DNA of 64,000 bases from Escherichia coli (GTDB lineage Bacteria; Pseudomonadota; Gammaproteobacteria; Enterobacterales; Enterobacteriaceae), in the NCBI RefSeq assembly GCF_011045215.1, contig NZ_CP049201.1. One strand, 5' to 3'. Shown one piece after another: positions 9,708 through 22,474 of the stretch. Below the pieces are notes generated by a model. It made no database searches. It was not told the origin of the DNA and worked only from the letters and a program-made list of their open reading frames with translations. Every line of letters begins with the position of its first letter. Positions within the stretch are counted from its first letter, which is position 1. The position numbers and the translations under genes are program-made.

Positions 9708-11058
9708 AAACCGTGCTCCGCGTCATTCGGAAAATGCCATACAGTACCAGGGCGATAACCGGCACCAGACCAATGGCGATGATATTGCCGTTGAAGATTT
9801 CCAGCAGCCAGAAGCGGAACGGGTTACCGCCATCAAGGAAACTGGAAACCTGGCCGCTGGAGCCTTCGGCAAATTTGAAGTTAACGTCTTTCGCCATGCC
9901 GGTAATAAACGGTGCGATTTTAGTCGCAATCCACAGGTCGGCAATAATCACCGGGATCGCCGCCAGAACGGTGCGGAAAATATTGCCACGGCTGGCTAAA
10001 GCAATCATCGACGCCATTACCGCCAGGTTGGCAAGGTCGCCAAGCGGCAGGACTTCATTACCTGGGAGGACAAACGCGATAAAGACCGAGATTGGCGTTA
10101 GCAGCAGGGCGGTGGAGATAATCGCCGGATTACCTACGGCAACGGCGATATCCAGTCCGATATAGAGATCGTCACGGTCAGGGTATTTGGCATTGAGATA
10201 CTTTTTAATGGCTTCAGACAGCGGTAATAAACCTTCCATCAGGATGCGAACCATGCGTGGCAGGATGAACATCACACCGCCAATGCTGATGCCAAGCAGC
10301 AACACTTTTTTGAAATCGTATCCTGCAATCACGCCGAGCAGTATGCCCAGAATAGTGCCAACCATCATCGGTTCGCCGAAGATGCCAAACTTTTTCTGTA
10401 CGGTTTCCGGGTCGATATGAATACGATTGAGGCCGGGGATATGGTCGATGATTTTGTCGACCAGCAGACCGACCGGGAAGAACACCACCGAAGAGAGCGT
10501 CGGCAATGAGATCCCTTCCAGTCCAAAGTATTTTTGTACCAGTGGCGCAGACCAGTCGGCGAGTTTAAGTACTACCACCGCAGCAATCGCCGCCGCCAGC
10601 AAACCAAAGAACAGGCTGCCGGTGCTGTAATAAACCAACGTACCAGCAAGGGCAAAATGCCAGTAGTTCCACATATCTACGTCAACGGTACGGGTTTTAT
10701 TTAACGCCAGCATCGCCACGTTAATCAGAATGGTCAGGGGAATAACAAACGGGGCAATTGGCGAACCCCATGTAATAGCGGAAAGCGGCGGCCAGCCTAA
10801 ATCTACCACCGGTAAATTAATTCCGGTGCGTTCAACCATCGCCTGGGCCGCTGGCCCGACATTGCTGGTCAGAATATCGAAAATGGCATAAATACCGACA
10901 AAACCAATGCCGACTGTTAATGACGAACGTAAGGCTTTAGCGGGTTTTACTTTAAAACAGAGAGCAAGAATAAATAACACCAACGGCAACATTACCGTCG
11001 GGCCAAATCCCAATATATATTGCACAATATTATAGAGGGTATGCGCGATATCGTTCAT
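9700..11058 (-). CDS. PTS EIIC permease, galactitol (GatC)-type
   Basis: Polytopic membrane protein with GatC-like blocks. Start placed at the ATG (MNDIAH...) that sits 7 bp after an AAGAGG ribosome-binding site; the ORF track extends 10 codons further upstream to 11088. Confidence 0.8.
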   Translation of the reverse strand: MNDIAHTLYNIVQYILGFGPTVMLPLVLFILALCFKVKPAKALRSSLTVGIGFVGIYAIFDILTSNVGPAAQAMVERTGINLPVVDLGWPPLSAITWGSPIAPFVIPLTILINVAMLALNKTRTVDVDMWNYWHFALAGTLVYYSTGSLFFGLLAAAIAAVVVLKLADWSAPLVQKYFGLEGISLPTLSSVVFFPVGLLVDKIIDHIPGLNRIHIDPETVQKKFGIFGEPMMVGTILGILLGVIAGYDFKKVLLLGISIGGVMFILPRMVRILMEGLLPLSEAIKKYLNAKYPDRDDLYIGLDIAVAVGNPAIISTALLLTPISVFIAFVLPGNEVLPLGDLANLAVMASMIALASRGNIFRTVLAAIPVIIADLWIATKIAPFITGMAKDVNFKFAEGSSGQVSSFLDGGNPFRFWLLEIFNGNIIAIGLVPVIALVLYGIFRMTRSTVYA

Positions 11059-11134
11059 AATAAACCTCTTTTTCAGGCGAGAGCGCACCTCGCGTTAGCG
11101 CCTGATGGAGTGGGTTGAAATTAATTATTATTAA

Positions 11135-11416
11135 TTAATTTTTAAGGATCGAAACAATTTGCGCCAGTACTTTCTCTTCGCCAATACCGGTAATAATCGG
11201 CAAGCCGTTAACTACCGGGACGTCGAGTTCATAAGGCACTTTAGTCGTTGAGACTACCAGTGCTACGCCATCAGTATTTCCAGGTAAAGAGGCAACGTTG
11301 GTTTGGGAATAATTGACGTTAAGACCGTGCTCTTTACAATATTCCATGACTTTTTCTGTTACCGCCGTGGATGTGGCAATACCCGTGGCGCAGACAAATA
11401 AAATGGTTTGACTCAT
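11135..11416 (-). CDS. PTS EIIB component, GatB-type
   Basis: 93-aa ORF with N-terminal phospho-Cys motif (FVCATGIATS). Confidence 0.8.
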   Translation of the reverse strand: MSQTILFVCATGIATSTAVTEKVMEYCKEHGLNVNYSQTNVASLPGNTDGVALVVSTTKVPYELDVPVVNGLPIITGIGEEKVLAQIVSILKN

Positions 11417-11886
11417 ATTTCACCTCGTTCTTTCATTTTGTTTAAGATTACTGTGTGTATTTCTGTTGTTTCCATCGCAAGCAGGGCTTGCATAAAGGGC
11501 GTATCCTGAATCATTTCCATAATCCAGCCCAGGGCATTTAATTGTTTATTACTTTCGCTTAAGGCGAGCAAAAAAATCACCCTGACAGGTACGGGGTCAG
11601 GATCGCCGCCCATATCGGCAAACTCTACCGATTCCGGCAGGATGCCGACGGCAATTGCATTGTGCCTGACATGTTTATGGTCCGTGTGCGGAATAGCGAC
11701 GCACGGTGGTTCGGTAGGCAGCCCCGTTGGGTACGTCGCCTCACGTTTCAGTACGTGATCGGCAAAATCAGGGACGACCAGCTCGGCGGCAACCAACGGT
11801 TGCGCTAACTGACGGATGATCTGTTCAACGCTTAACCCTGCCGGAAGTCGTTGAATATAATTTTCCTGAAAATGTATGCCTTGCAT
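11413..11886 (-). CDS. PTS EIIA component (type 2; mannitol/fructose/galactitol family)
   Basis: 157-aa ORF; active-site His context (AIPHTD); ATGA overlap with the EIIB gene. Confidence 0.8.
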   Translation of the reverse strand: MQGIHFQENYIQRLPAGLSVEQIIRQLAQPLVAAELVVPDFADHVLKREATYPTGLPTEPPCVAIPHTDHKHVRHNAIAVGILPESVEFADMGGDPDPVPVRVIFLLALSESNKQLNALGWIMEMIQDTPFMQALLAMETTEIHTVILNKMKERGEI

Positions 11887-11910
11887 TTTATTCCTCTTAA
11901 AAAAGTGTAC

Positions 11911-12666
11911 TTAACTCACTTCCCGCCGTTGCAGTACGGTGCCAAGATAATATTTATTTCCTTTTAACCAGACGTTGCCAAACTCAATGGGTAATCCTCG
12001 GGAGAAAAAGACTAACTGCTCCAGATGCAAAACGGGTGCGTCTTCACTGATATCTAAAAAATGACCACGTTCATTACCAATTAATCGCGCGGCATAGCGA
12101 CTTTCCGAGTAACGAATTTTTCTTTGCGACAAACTTTCTATTGTTGGAAATAAATTGTGTTGATTAAAATCGATTTCCGCAATACCAGGGCATAGCTCAA
12201 TATTGATACGGTTCTCTATCAGCATCGCTTTTTCATCACCAATTGAGCGTAAGCGTTCAAGGTAAAGAATATCCTGACCGGGCGTTATTCTTAATTTCTC
12301 TGCCACATAACGATTAGCCGGTTCAATCCGTGACGTAATAACTTCAGTGGTAAAATGTATTTTCTGGCTTTCCAGCGATTCCGCGAATGACAATAATCCT
12401 TCACCTAACGGATATGCCACGTTCTCTTTTTTGACAAATGTTCCCTTACCCTGGACCTGTATTAACACGCCTTCTTTTACCAGTTGGGCGACCGCTTTTT
12501 TAACGGTTCCCCGACTCACTTCCAGCATATCCATAATCTGGTATTCCGAAGGAATGCGATCGTCTTCCACCAGATCTCCGGTATAAATACTTTCTCTTAT
12601 CCACTCCACCACTTGTTGATAGAGCGGTATTTGTGACGACTTACTTAATGATTTCATGGCGCGCAC
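11911..12666 (-). CDS. GntR/HutC-family transcriptional regulator (winged-helix plus UTRA effector domain)
   Basis: 251-aa ORF; N-terminal GntR-type HTH (SEYQIMDMLEVSRGTVKKAVAQLVKEGVL) and UTRA-like C-terminal domain; first gene of the PTS operon. Confidence 0.8.
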   Translation of the reverse strand: MRAMKSLSKSSQIPLYQQVVEWIRESIYTGDLVEDDRIPSEYQIMDMLEVSRGTVKKAVAQLVKEGVLIQVQGKGTFVKKENVAYPLGEGLLSFAESLESQKIHFTTEVITSRIEPANRYVAEKLRITPGQDILYLERLRSIGDEKAMLIENRINIELCPGIAEIDFNQHNLFPTIESLSQRKIRYSESRYAARLIGNERGHFLDISEDAPVLHLEQLVFFSRGLPIEFGNVWLKGNKYYLGTVLQRREVS

Positions 12667-12680
12667 CTGAACATTTACAG

Positions 12681-12704
12681 TTGTCTATGGACAATCATGG
12701 ACAA
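12681..12704 (-). promoter_or_regulatory. Candidate operator of the GntR-family regulator
   Basis: TTGTC-tatg-GACAA inverted repeat plus a third GGACAA half-site (ttgtctatggacaatcatggacaa), 15-38 bp upstream of the regulator start. Confidence 0.45.
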
Positions 12705-12821
12705 CTTCAAGCGTATAGTAGGTGAACGGGAGAAAAAGAGGATCGAAGCGTCTCACATTTTGAGGGACCAAATCGTGATCAAAAAAATGTGACGTGAGTC
12801 GATATTTGTCAGAAGTTTACT

Positions 12822-12845
12822 GCGCCGTAAGGAAATAACGGCGCG
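12822..12845 (-). terminator. Hairpin just downstream of nikR (candidate terminator)
   Basis: Inverted repeat CGCCGT / ACGGCG with 9-nt loop immediately after the nikR stop; weak U-tract. Confidence 0.35.
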
Positions 12846-12855
12846 TTGGTAGGTG

Positions 12856-15659
<2,804 letters not shown>

Positions 15660-15663
<4 letters not shown>

Positions 15664-16604
15664 GCGTGCGCTCCTTCATGACGACGAATGCGCGGGTCCA
15701 GCGCGGCGTTGAGCAAATCGACAATCAAATTACAGACCACAAAAACCACCACCATCATCAGCGTAAAGCACTGGATCACCGGATAGTCACGGTTAAAAAT
15801 CGCCGACACCGCATAGCGCCCGACGCCAGGCCAGGCAAAGATGTTTTCGATAATCATCGTCCCGCCAATCAGTTCGCCAATGTGCATCCCCACGGCGGTG
15901 ATCATCGGCAGCGAGGCATTGCGCAGGATGTGGCGACGTTCGGTCTGTTTGTCGTTCAGGCCGCGCAGACGCGCCCAGGTGACGTGACGCTGACCGGCGA
16001 CGTCCAGCATACTGGCGCGCAGCAGCCGTGCGTTAATCGCCAGCGACATAAAGGCAATGGAAACCGCAGGCAAAATGATGTGCTGCCAGCCGCCGTAGCC
16101 CATCGCGGGTAGCCATTGCAGATACACCGAAAACGCCATCACCAGTAAAAATGCCAGCCAGAAGTTAGGCATCGACACGCCAAGAAACGCGATGAAACGT
16201 ACGGCGAAATCCGGCAGACGGTCACGATGGCGCGCCGCCCAGATACCGAGCGGTACGGAAGTGAGCAGAATTAATACCAGCGCCGCACCTGCAAGTTCCA
16301 GCGTGGCGGGCAGGAAGTTCAGCATATCGTCCAGTACCGGGCGTTGGCTGGCGAATGAGATACCAAAGTCAAGATGCAGCGCCTTCCACAACCAGGTGCC
16401 GTACTGGACGTACAGCGGCTGATCCAGTCCCAGCATGGAGCGGGTAGAGGCCAGCATCTCCGGCGTCGGCGGCAGGTTAGACAGACGCAAATAATCGAGC
16501 GCCGGGTCGCCGGTACCGAGGCGCAGCATCAGAAAAATGATCACCGAGGCGGCGAGCACCATCGGGATCAGCAGCAGAAAGCGGCGTAATACGTAACGCA
16601 ACAT
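15660..16604 (-). CDS. nikB: Nickel ABC transporter permease
   Basis: 314-aa polytopic ORF; overlaps nikC and nikA. Confidence 0.9.
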
Positions 16605-18178
16605 TAAGGTTTCACCGGTTTAATCTGTTCGAACGGAATTTCGGTGGCGATCGGCGCGTAGGGGATGTTACCCAGCTCCGGTTTTGATACCACCATCATT
16701 GAGATGTAACTGATAGGCAGATAAACCGCCTCGTCATGCAGACGGGTCAGAATGTCGCGATACAGTGCCTGACGTTGTGCTTCGTCATGGGTCGCCAGCA
16801 CTTCGCCGATCTCTTTATCAATCAGCGGCTTGTCGGCTAATCCTTGCTGTGCCTGGAAGTCAGCGTGCGACGGTACGCGCATTGAACTCAGGAAGGCGTG
16901 TGGATCGTATGGCGCGCCCCAGGTGCGGTGGAAAATCATGCCAAAACGACCGTCGCGCTGACGAGCATAGATACTGCTCTCTTCTTCGCCAATCAGCGAG
17001 ACATCTGCGCCAATCTGGCGCATATCAGCCTGAATGATTTCCGCCATCGATTTGCTTAACGCATCGGTGCCGATGAACGACAGTTCAATGCGCAGCGGCT
17101 GACCATTTTTCTCGCGGATGTCTTTGCCCGCAGGCAGCGTCCAACCGGCTTTTTCCAGCAACGCTTTCGCTTTCTGCGGATCGTACTGGCGCGGTTTCAG
17201 GCCGAGATTAGCGTAAGGCACAGAAGGGGCAAACAGGGTGTCGGCGACCTGCTGGGTGCCATATAACGCGTTATCAATCAGCGATTTTTTGTTTACCGCG
17301 TAATTAAGAGCTTCACGTACTGCCAGCTCGTTGGTGGGGGCTTTGGCGGTATTGAGCGCCAGCATCACGGTTTCGATCGGCTGTGACAGTTGGGTGTGGT
17401 AAGCCGGATTCTGGCTAAAGCGGGCGAAGGTATCGAGCGGTAATAACCCTTCGTTTCCGTACAGCAGGTCGATATCGCCAGTTTCAAACGCTACCGCGCG
17501 GGTCGTCGGGTCCGGGATGACGTTAAAAGTGATCTTCTTAATCGCCGGCTTTTCGCCCCAGTAGTTTTCGTTACGGACGAAGACATCGTACTGATTCAGT
17601 TTCGATTCCTGCAAAACCCACGGCCCGGTGCCAATCGGCGCTTTAATCCCGTTCATGGTTTCATGGTTTTTAAACTGCGAGGGGGCGATAAAGCGGAAAG
17701 GGCGCGGCAGGGCCAGTTCTTGCAGGAAAGGATAGTAGGCGCTTTTCAGGGTGATTTGCAGCTCTGTTTTACTGAGTGCTTTGACATCAACAATCTGGTT
17801 TGCCAGCTCCAGCCAGGCGTGACGTTGACGGTTATCGAGCACTGCGCGGAAGTTTTCTGCCGCCGCCTCTGCATCAAACGGTTCGCCGTTAGAGAATTTC
17901 ACGTCATCACGCAGGGTGAAGGTCCAGGTTTTACCATCTTCTGAATGAGTCCAGCTTTTTGCCAGCCACGGGATCACCGAACCATCAGCCTGATATTTCA
18001 CCAGCGGTTCATAAACCATGCTCTGGGCGAACATCTGGTTAGGCGTGTAAAGGTGCGGGTTTAGTGGCCCGACATTCACCGGCCAGGCGGTGGTGATTTC
18101 ATCTGGTGCAGCGGCATGGACGATAAAAGACGCACAAGCCAGCAGCGCAAATAGAGTGCGGCGGAGTGTGGAGAGCAT
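16604..18178 (-). CDS. nikA: Periplasmic nickel-binding protein
   Basis: 524-aa ORF with signal peptide and family 5 solute-binding fold. Confidence 0.9.
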   Translation of the reverse strand: MLSTLRRTLFALLACASFIVHAAAPDEITTAWPVNVGPLNPHLYTPNQMFAQSMVYEPLVKYQADGSVIPWLAKSWTHSEDGKTWTFTLRDDVKFSNGEPFDAEAAAENFRAVLDNRQRHAWLELANQIVDVKALSKTELQITLKSAYYPFLQELALPRPFRFIAPSQFKNHETMNGIKAPIGTGPWVLQESKLNQYDVFVRNENYWGEKPAIKKITFNVIPDPTTRAVAFETGDIDLLYGNEGLLPLDTFARFSQNPAYHTQLSQPIETVMLALNTAKAPTNELAVREALNYAVNKKSLIDNALYGTQQVADTLFAPSVPYANLGLKPRQYDPQKAKALLEKAGWTLPAGKDIREKNGQPLRIELSFIGTDALSKSMAEIIQADMRQIGADVSLIGEEESSIYARQRDGRFGMIFHRTWGAPYDPHAFLSSMRVPSHADFQAQQGLADKPLIDKEIGEVLATHDEAQRQALYRDILTRLHDEAVYLPISYISMMVVSKPELGNIPYAPIATEIPFEQIKPVKP

Positions 18179-18215
18179 GGTAACCCCAATGGATTAAAAT
18201 AGATGGCGGAAATAA

Positions 18216-18243
18216 GTATGACGATTTTAAGTATTCGTCATAC
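18216..18243 (-). promoter_or_regulatory. NikR operator in the nikA promoter
   Basis: GTATGA-N16-TCATAC read directly (gtatgacgattttaagtattcgtcatac), about 40 bp upstream of the nikA start. Confidence 0.8.
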
Positions 18244-18288
18244 TGATTACCTGTTCTGGATCAATAGATGGGCAGTCGGGTGGGCGGA

Positions 18289-18876
18289 TCAGTTAACTGA
18301 ATCGATCCATTGCACACTGTCGGCGGTGAGCGTAAAGGGAGTAGGGGTGCAGATCGCCAGGCTTAAATTTTCTAGCTGACAATGGCTGACTGACAGCGAG
18401 GAGTGATAGGTGCTGTCTACGCTGACGATTTGCCAGGCGCTGCCACCACGCTGTTTAACGATGGCTTCTTTGCGCGTCCAGATGCGCCAGAACATTTCCA
18501 GTTGCTGATCAGGATGCACGGCGTCCATCTCAGCGTGTTCCCCGAGGCTGAATACGGCGTTCGCCAGCCAGCGCCAGTTGGCGCGCGGGCGAATCACTTC
18601 GATATCGCAGCCGACTTCGCCTTCATCACTCAACAGCAGAGCGATATCGTCACCGCTATGGCTTAAGTTGAACCATAGCGGCGTTTCCGGCGCGAATGCA
18701 GGTTTGCCTTGTTCGCCATAGATGATCTCCGGTAGCGGGGAAAGCGTGTGCGAAAGCAATGCACGCCCCGCCAGCCAGCGTTCGCGTCGTGGACCTTGCG
18801 GTGCTTGCTCGCGTAAACCCGGTGGCAGTGGAGCTGCGCTTAAGGTCGAAACTTTCCCCAGAACTATCCGATACAT
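18289..18876 (-). CDS. acpT: 4'-phosphopantetheinyl transferase AcpT
   Basis: 195-aa product starting MYRIVLGK (the ORF-track extension to 18996 is probably spurious). Its start codon lies 1 bp after the stop of the last ketosynthase gene of the upstream cluster. Confidence 0.85.
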   Translation of the reverse strand: MYRIVLGKVSTLSAAPLPPGLREQAPQGPRRERWLAGRALLSHTLSPLPEIIYGEQGKPAFAPETPLWFNLSHSGDDIALLLSDEGEVGCDIEVIRPRANWRWLANAVFSLGEHAEMDAVHPDQQLEMFWRIWTRKEAIVKQRGGSAWQIVSVDSTYHSSLSVSHCQLENLSLAICTPTPFTLTADSVQWIDSVN

Positions 18877-18877
18877 A

Positions 18878-20107
18878 TCAGGGCCAACGTTTAATGATGA
18901 TGGATGTATTAATGCCGCCAAAGGCAAAGTTGTTACTCTGCAAAAACTCACAATCAACCTTGCGGGCTTCATGCATGATGTAATCCAGCGCGCCACAATT
19001 CGGGTCTGGTTTATTCAGGTTTAGCGTAGGCGCAAACCAACCTTCGCGCATCATTTGCAGACTCATCCAGGCTTCGAGCGCGCCACAGGCACCAAGCGTA
19101 TGACCAAAATAACTTTTCAGCGAGGAGAGCGGCACATTATCACCGTAAATGGTTGCTGTCGCCAGACTTTCTGCCATATCACCGCGATCGGTCGCCGTAC
19201 CATGCGCTGAAATATAGCCGATATCTTGTGCGCTTAACCCGGCGATTTTCAGCGATTGCTCCATACAATACTGCATGGTTTCGCTCTGCGGCTGGGTAAT
19301 ATGTGCCGCGTCGCAGTTAGTCGCAAAGCCGACGATTTCACCGTAAATGGTCGCGCCGCGCGCTTTGGCGTGCTCCAGTTCTTCGAGAATGAGCGTACCT
19401 GCGCCTTCACCAATCACCAGCCCGTCGCGGTTTTCATCGAACGGTGAAGGTGTGGTTTTCGGCGCATCATTGTGCTGGCTGGTGGCGAAAAGCGTATCAA
19501 ATACCGCTGCTTCTGAAGGACATAACTCTTCGGCACCACCAGCAACCATCACCGTTTGATAACCGTGGCGAATGGCTTCCCACGCATAACCGATTGCCTG
19601 GCTGCCGGAAGTACAGGCGCTGGAGGTTGGGATCACCCGCCCGCGCAGGCCGAAAAAGAGGCCAGTATTAACGGCGGTGGTGTGCGGCATCATCTGCACA
19701 TAGGTGGTGCCAGTGATGTTATTGGTGTGCTTTTCCGTCAGCATGGTGGCGAACTCGCTTACCGGGCCGGTACTGCCGGTCGATGAACCGTACGCAATGC
19801 CCGTTTCGCCGCTGGTTAATATCGGATCGCCAATCAACCCTGCCTGCTCTAACGCCAGCTCGCTGGCACGGGTCGACATTTGCGACACGCGGCCCATCGC
19901 ACGGATACGCTTGCGGGTGTAGTGCTCCGGTAGCGTGAAATCATCAACAGGCGCGCCAAGCAGGGTGTGCAGCCCATCGTAGACCTGCCACTCCGGCATT
20001 TTGCGCACCGCATTTTCATATGCCAGTAAGCGTGCAGAAACGTCCTGCCAGTTTTCACCAAAGGCAGTCACGCCGCCCATTCCTGTAATCACTACGCGAC
20101 GTGTCAT
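18878..20107 (-). CDS. Beta-ketoacyl-ACP synthase (KAS I/II type), last biosynthetic gene of the APE-type cluster
   Basis: 409 aa; Cys-His-His triad contexts (SSACTSG, HGTAT, GHTLGA). By cluster order this would be apeR in the Xenorhabdus nomenclature as I recall it (unverified). Confidence 0.85.
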   Translation of the reverse strand: MTRRVVITGMGGVTAFGENWQDVSARLLAYENAVRKMPEWQVYDGLHTLLGAPVDDFTLPEHYTRKRIRAMGRVSQMSTRASELALEQAGLIGDPILTSGETGIAYGSSTGSTGPVSEFATMLTEKHTNNITGTTYVQMMPHTTAVNTGLFFGLRGRVIPTSSACTSGSQAIGYAWEAIRHGYQTVMVAGGAEELCPSEAAVFDTLFATSQHNDAPKTTPSPFDENRDGLVIGEGAGTLILEELEHAKARGATIYGEIVGFATNCDAAHITQPQSETMQYCMEQSLKIAGLSAQDIGYISAHGTATDRGDMAESLATATIYGDNVPLSSLKSYFGHTLGACGALEAWMSLQMMREGWFAPTLNLNKPDPNCGALDYIMHEARKVDCEFLQSNNFAFGGINTSIIIKRWP

Positions 20108-20835
20108 AACATCCCTCCGTTGATGGAAATAACCTGGCGGGTGACGTAACCCGCAATATCAGACATTAAATAACTGGCAAGCCCGGCAACTTCTTCCGCC
20201 TGGCCCATACGTTTCATGGGGATCATCGACATTGCCTCTTTCAGAGCGCTCTCTTCCATTTCGATCATCCCGGTATCAATAAGCCCCGGCGCGATGCAGT
20301 TGACGGTGATTTTGCGCTTCGCGAGTTCGATAGCCAGCGCTTTTGTTGCGCCGATAATTCCGGCTTTGGCAGCGCTGTAATTCACCTGGCCGCGATTGCC
20401 CATTACGCCGGAAACCGAGGATAGCGTGATGATGCGCCCACCCTGGCGTGCGCCGATCATCGGCATAATGCACGGCTGAATGACGTTGTAGAAACTGTCG
20501 AGGTTGGTGTGGATCACCGCATCCCAGTCGTCATCGCTTAAAGCCGGAAAAGCGGCATCGCGGGCGATCCCGGCGTTACTGACCACGCCGTACCAGGCAC
20601 CGTGTTGCGCGATCTCATGCTCCAGCACTTCCCGACACTGTTCGCGGTTTGCGACGTCGAAACTGAGCAAACGCCCGTTACCCCCATTGGCGACAATGGC
20701 ATTCAGCGTTTCCTGAGCGCCTGTGGCGTCACGGTGATAGTGAACGCCAATGTTAAAGCCGTCTGCCGCCAGTTGGCAGGCGATGGCGCGACCAATGCCT
20801 TTGCTGGCACCAGTAACCAGAACTGAACGACTCAT
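20104..20835 (-). CDS. 3-oxoacyl-ACP reductase (SDR, FabG-like)
   Basis: 243 aa; TGASKGIGRAIA cofactor motif, NAG, YSAAK catalytic motif. Would be apeQ by order (unverified). Confidence 0.85.
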   Translation of the reverse strand: MSRSVLVTGASKGIGRAIACQLAADGFNIGVHYHRDATGAQETLNAIVANGGNGRLLSFDVANREQCREVLEHEIAQHGAWYGVVSNAGIARDAAFPALSDDDWDAVIHTNLDSFYNVIQPCIMPMIGARQGGRIITLSSVSGVMGNRGQVNYSAAKAGIIGATKALAIELAKRKITVNCIAPGLIDTGMIEMEESALKEAMSMIPMKRMGQAEEVAGLASYLMSDIAGYVTRQVISINGGML

Positions 20836-21299
20836 CAGGACGCTCCTTGTTGAAACAGGGTGGTAAGTTCTTCCGCGGTCGGCTGGAAGGTGTTAATGCG
20901 GCCCGTCGCCTCGCCGTCGTTGATGCTGCACTCAAAACTGCCGAAGCGATCGTCCTGCATCAGCAGTTTGACGGTAATGGTCAGCGTCTGGCCTGCGGGC
21001 AGAATGCCAGTGGTGCAAAGCAATTCACGCGCGCCCAGTATCATCCCTAACTCAATACTGTTTTTGCCTTGCTGGTGGCGATGCCAGCCAGACCAGACGC
21101 CGACGGTTTGCGCCATCAGTTCAAGGGCAAACCAGCCAGGGAGATTGCCGTCCGGGTCGAGAAACGGTGCCAGTACGCCACTGGGCGAAACCGTCACGCG
21201 GCACACCGCGCTGTCATCGCTGACGCTCACCACGTCTTCCAGCAGTAACATGGGCGCGTCGTGGGGCAGATAAGCGCCGGGGGATAAATAGTGGCTCAC
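20835..21299 (-). CDS. Hot-dog fold 3-hydroxyacyl-ACP dehydratase (FabA/FabZ-like)
   Basis: 154 aa, hot-dog-fold size and composition; sits between KR and KS genes. Would be apeP by order (unverified). Confidence 0.7.
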   Translation of the reverse strand: MSHYLSPGAYLPHDAPMLLLEDVVSVSDDSAVCRVTVSPSGVLAPFLDPDGNLPGWFALELMAQTVGVWSGWHRHQQGKNSIELGMILGARELLCTTGILPAGQTLTITVKLLMQDDRFGSFECSINDGEATGRINTFQPTAEELTTLFQQGAS

Positions 21300-22474
21300 G
21301 AAACCCTCCCGAGCAGAATGCTGGCGTTATTGCCGCCAAAGGCGAAGGAATTGGACAGGATCACCGGACGTGCCAGCGGCTGTGGTTTTTCGATAATGCC
21401 GCACGGTGGCAGCGTGGGATCGCACGGCGACAGGCTGAAGTCCTGAGCGGGCAGCGGTAAATCACGCTGTAAAATCAACATGCTGATTGCCGCCTCGGTA
21501 ATGCCCGCCGCGCCCAGCGTGTGGCCGGTCAAATGTTTGGTGGAACTGCACGGTACGCGTTCGCCAAACAGGGCGTTAACCACCATTGATTCAATCTGAT
21601 CGTTGAGTTGTGTGGCGGTGCCGTGCAGGTTGATATAGCCGACGTCATCTGGCGTAAGCTGTGCATCGTTCAGCGCCTGATTAATAGCGCGGATCGCTCC
21701 TTCGCCCTGCGGATGCGGGGCTGAAATATGGTAAGCGTCGCTCGATTCACCAACGCCCAGCAACGCGATGGGCTGCGGTTCCCGGGTCAGCAGCATTAGC
21801 CCCGCCCCTTCACCAATGGTGATACCTGCGCGGTCACGACCAAACGGCTGACATAAGGTTGGCGACAGCGATTCGAGGCTGTGAAAACCGTTAATCGGCA
21901 TCCGGCTCAGGGTGTCTGCGCCACCCACAATGGCGGCATCGACCAGCCCCGCTTCGATAAGCCTGCGCCCGCTGATTATCGCTCTGGCGCTGGAAGAGCA
22001 GGCGGTTGAAAGGGTATAGGCCGGGCCGTCGAGCGCCAGCCAGTGGCTGAGAAAACGCGACGGATCGCCGAGTTCCTGTTGCGCGTAGTGCCATGTGGTG
22101 CTCGGCTGCCCGTGGGTGCGCAGGTTAACGTGCGTGTCGCCTTCATGCAGGCCGGAGGTGCTGGTGCCAAGTACAATCGCGATGCGCTCGCGACCATATT
22201 TCGCGATAGCGTCATCAACCTGCGGCTGGATCTGCGCCAGCGCCGCCAGCAGGATCTGATTGTTGCGCGAGCGGTGCGCAGCGAATTTTTCCGGGATAAG
22301 CGGAAGCTCGCCATCCACGCCAGCCAGGACCGCCTGCGGATGCCCCTGCAACCAGCCTGCGCGCGGGCGCATGCCGGGAGCAACACCGCGAGTCAGGTTG
22401 GTTGCGATTTCGTCAAGGTTATTTCCCAGGGCGTTGATCATGCCGACGGCGGAAATATAAATCATATCAGTCAC
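21296..22474 (-). CDS. Beta-ketoacyl synthase (elongating KS)
   Basis: 392 aa; active-site contexts STACSSS, HGTATQ, GHTLGA. Would be apeO by order (unverified). Confidence 0.85.
   Translation of the reverse strand: MTDMIYISAVGMINALGNNLDEIATNLTRGVAPGMRPRAGWLQGHPQAVLAGVDGELPLIPEKFAAHRSRNNQILLAALAQIQPQVDDAIAKYGRERIAIVLGTSTSGLHEGDTHVNLRTHGQPSTTWHYAQQELGDPSRFLSHWLALDGPAYTLSTACSSSARAIISGRRLIEAGLVDAAIVGGADTLSRMPINGFHSLESLSPTLCQPFGRDRAGITIGEGAGLMLLTREPQPIALLGVGESSDAYHISAPHPQGEGAIRAINQALNDAQLTPDDVGYINLHGTATQLNDQIESMVVNALFGERVPCSSTKHLTGHTLGAAGITEAAISMLILQRDLPLPAQDFSLSPCDPTLPPCGIIEKPQPLARPVILSNSFAFGGNNASILLGRVS

Noticed and set aside
12787-12802. CRP-like site TGTGA-N6-TCGAT upstream of the GntR regulator
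   Set aside because: Only the left half-site matches the consensus; the right half is poor, so it is not reported as a feature.
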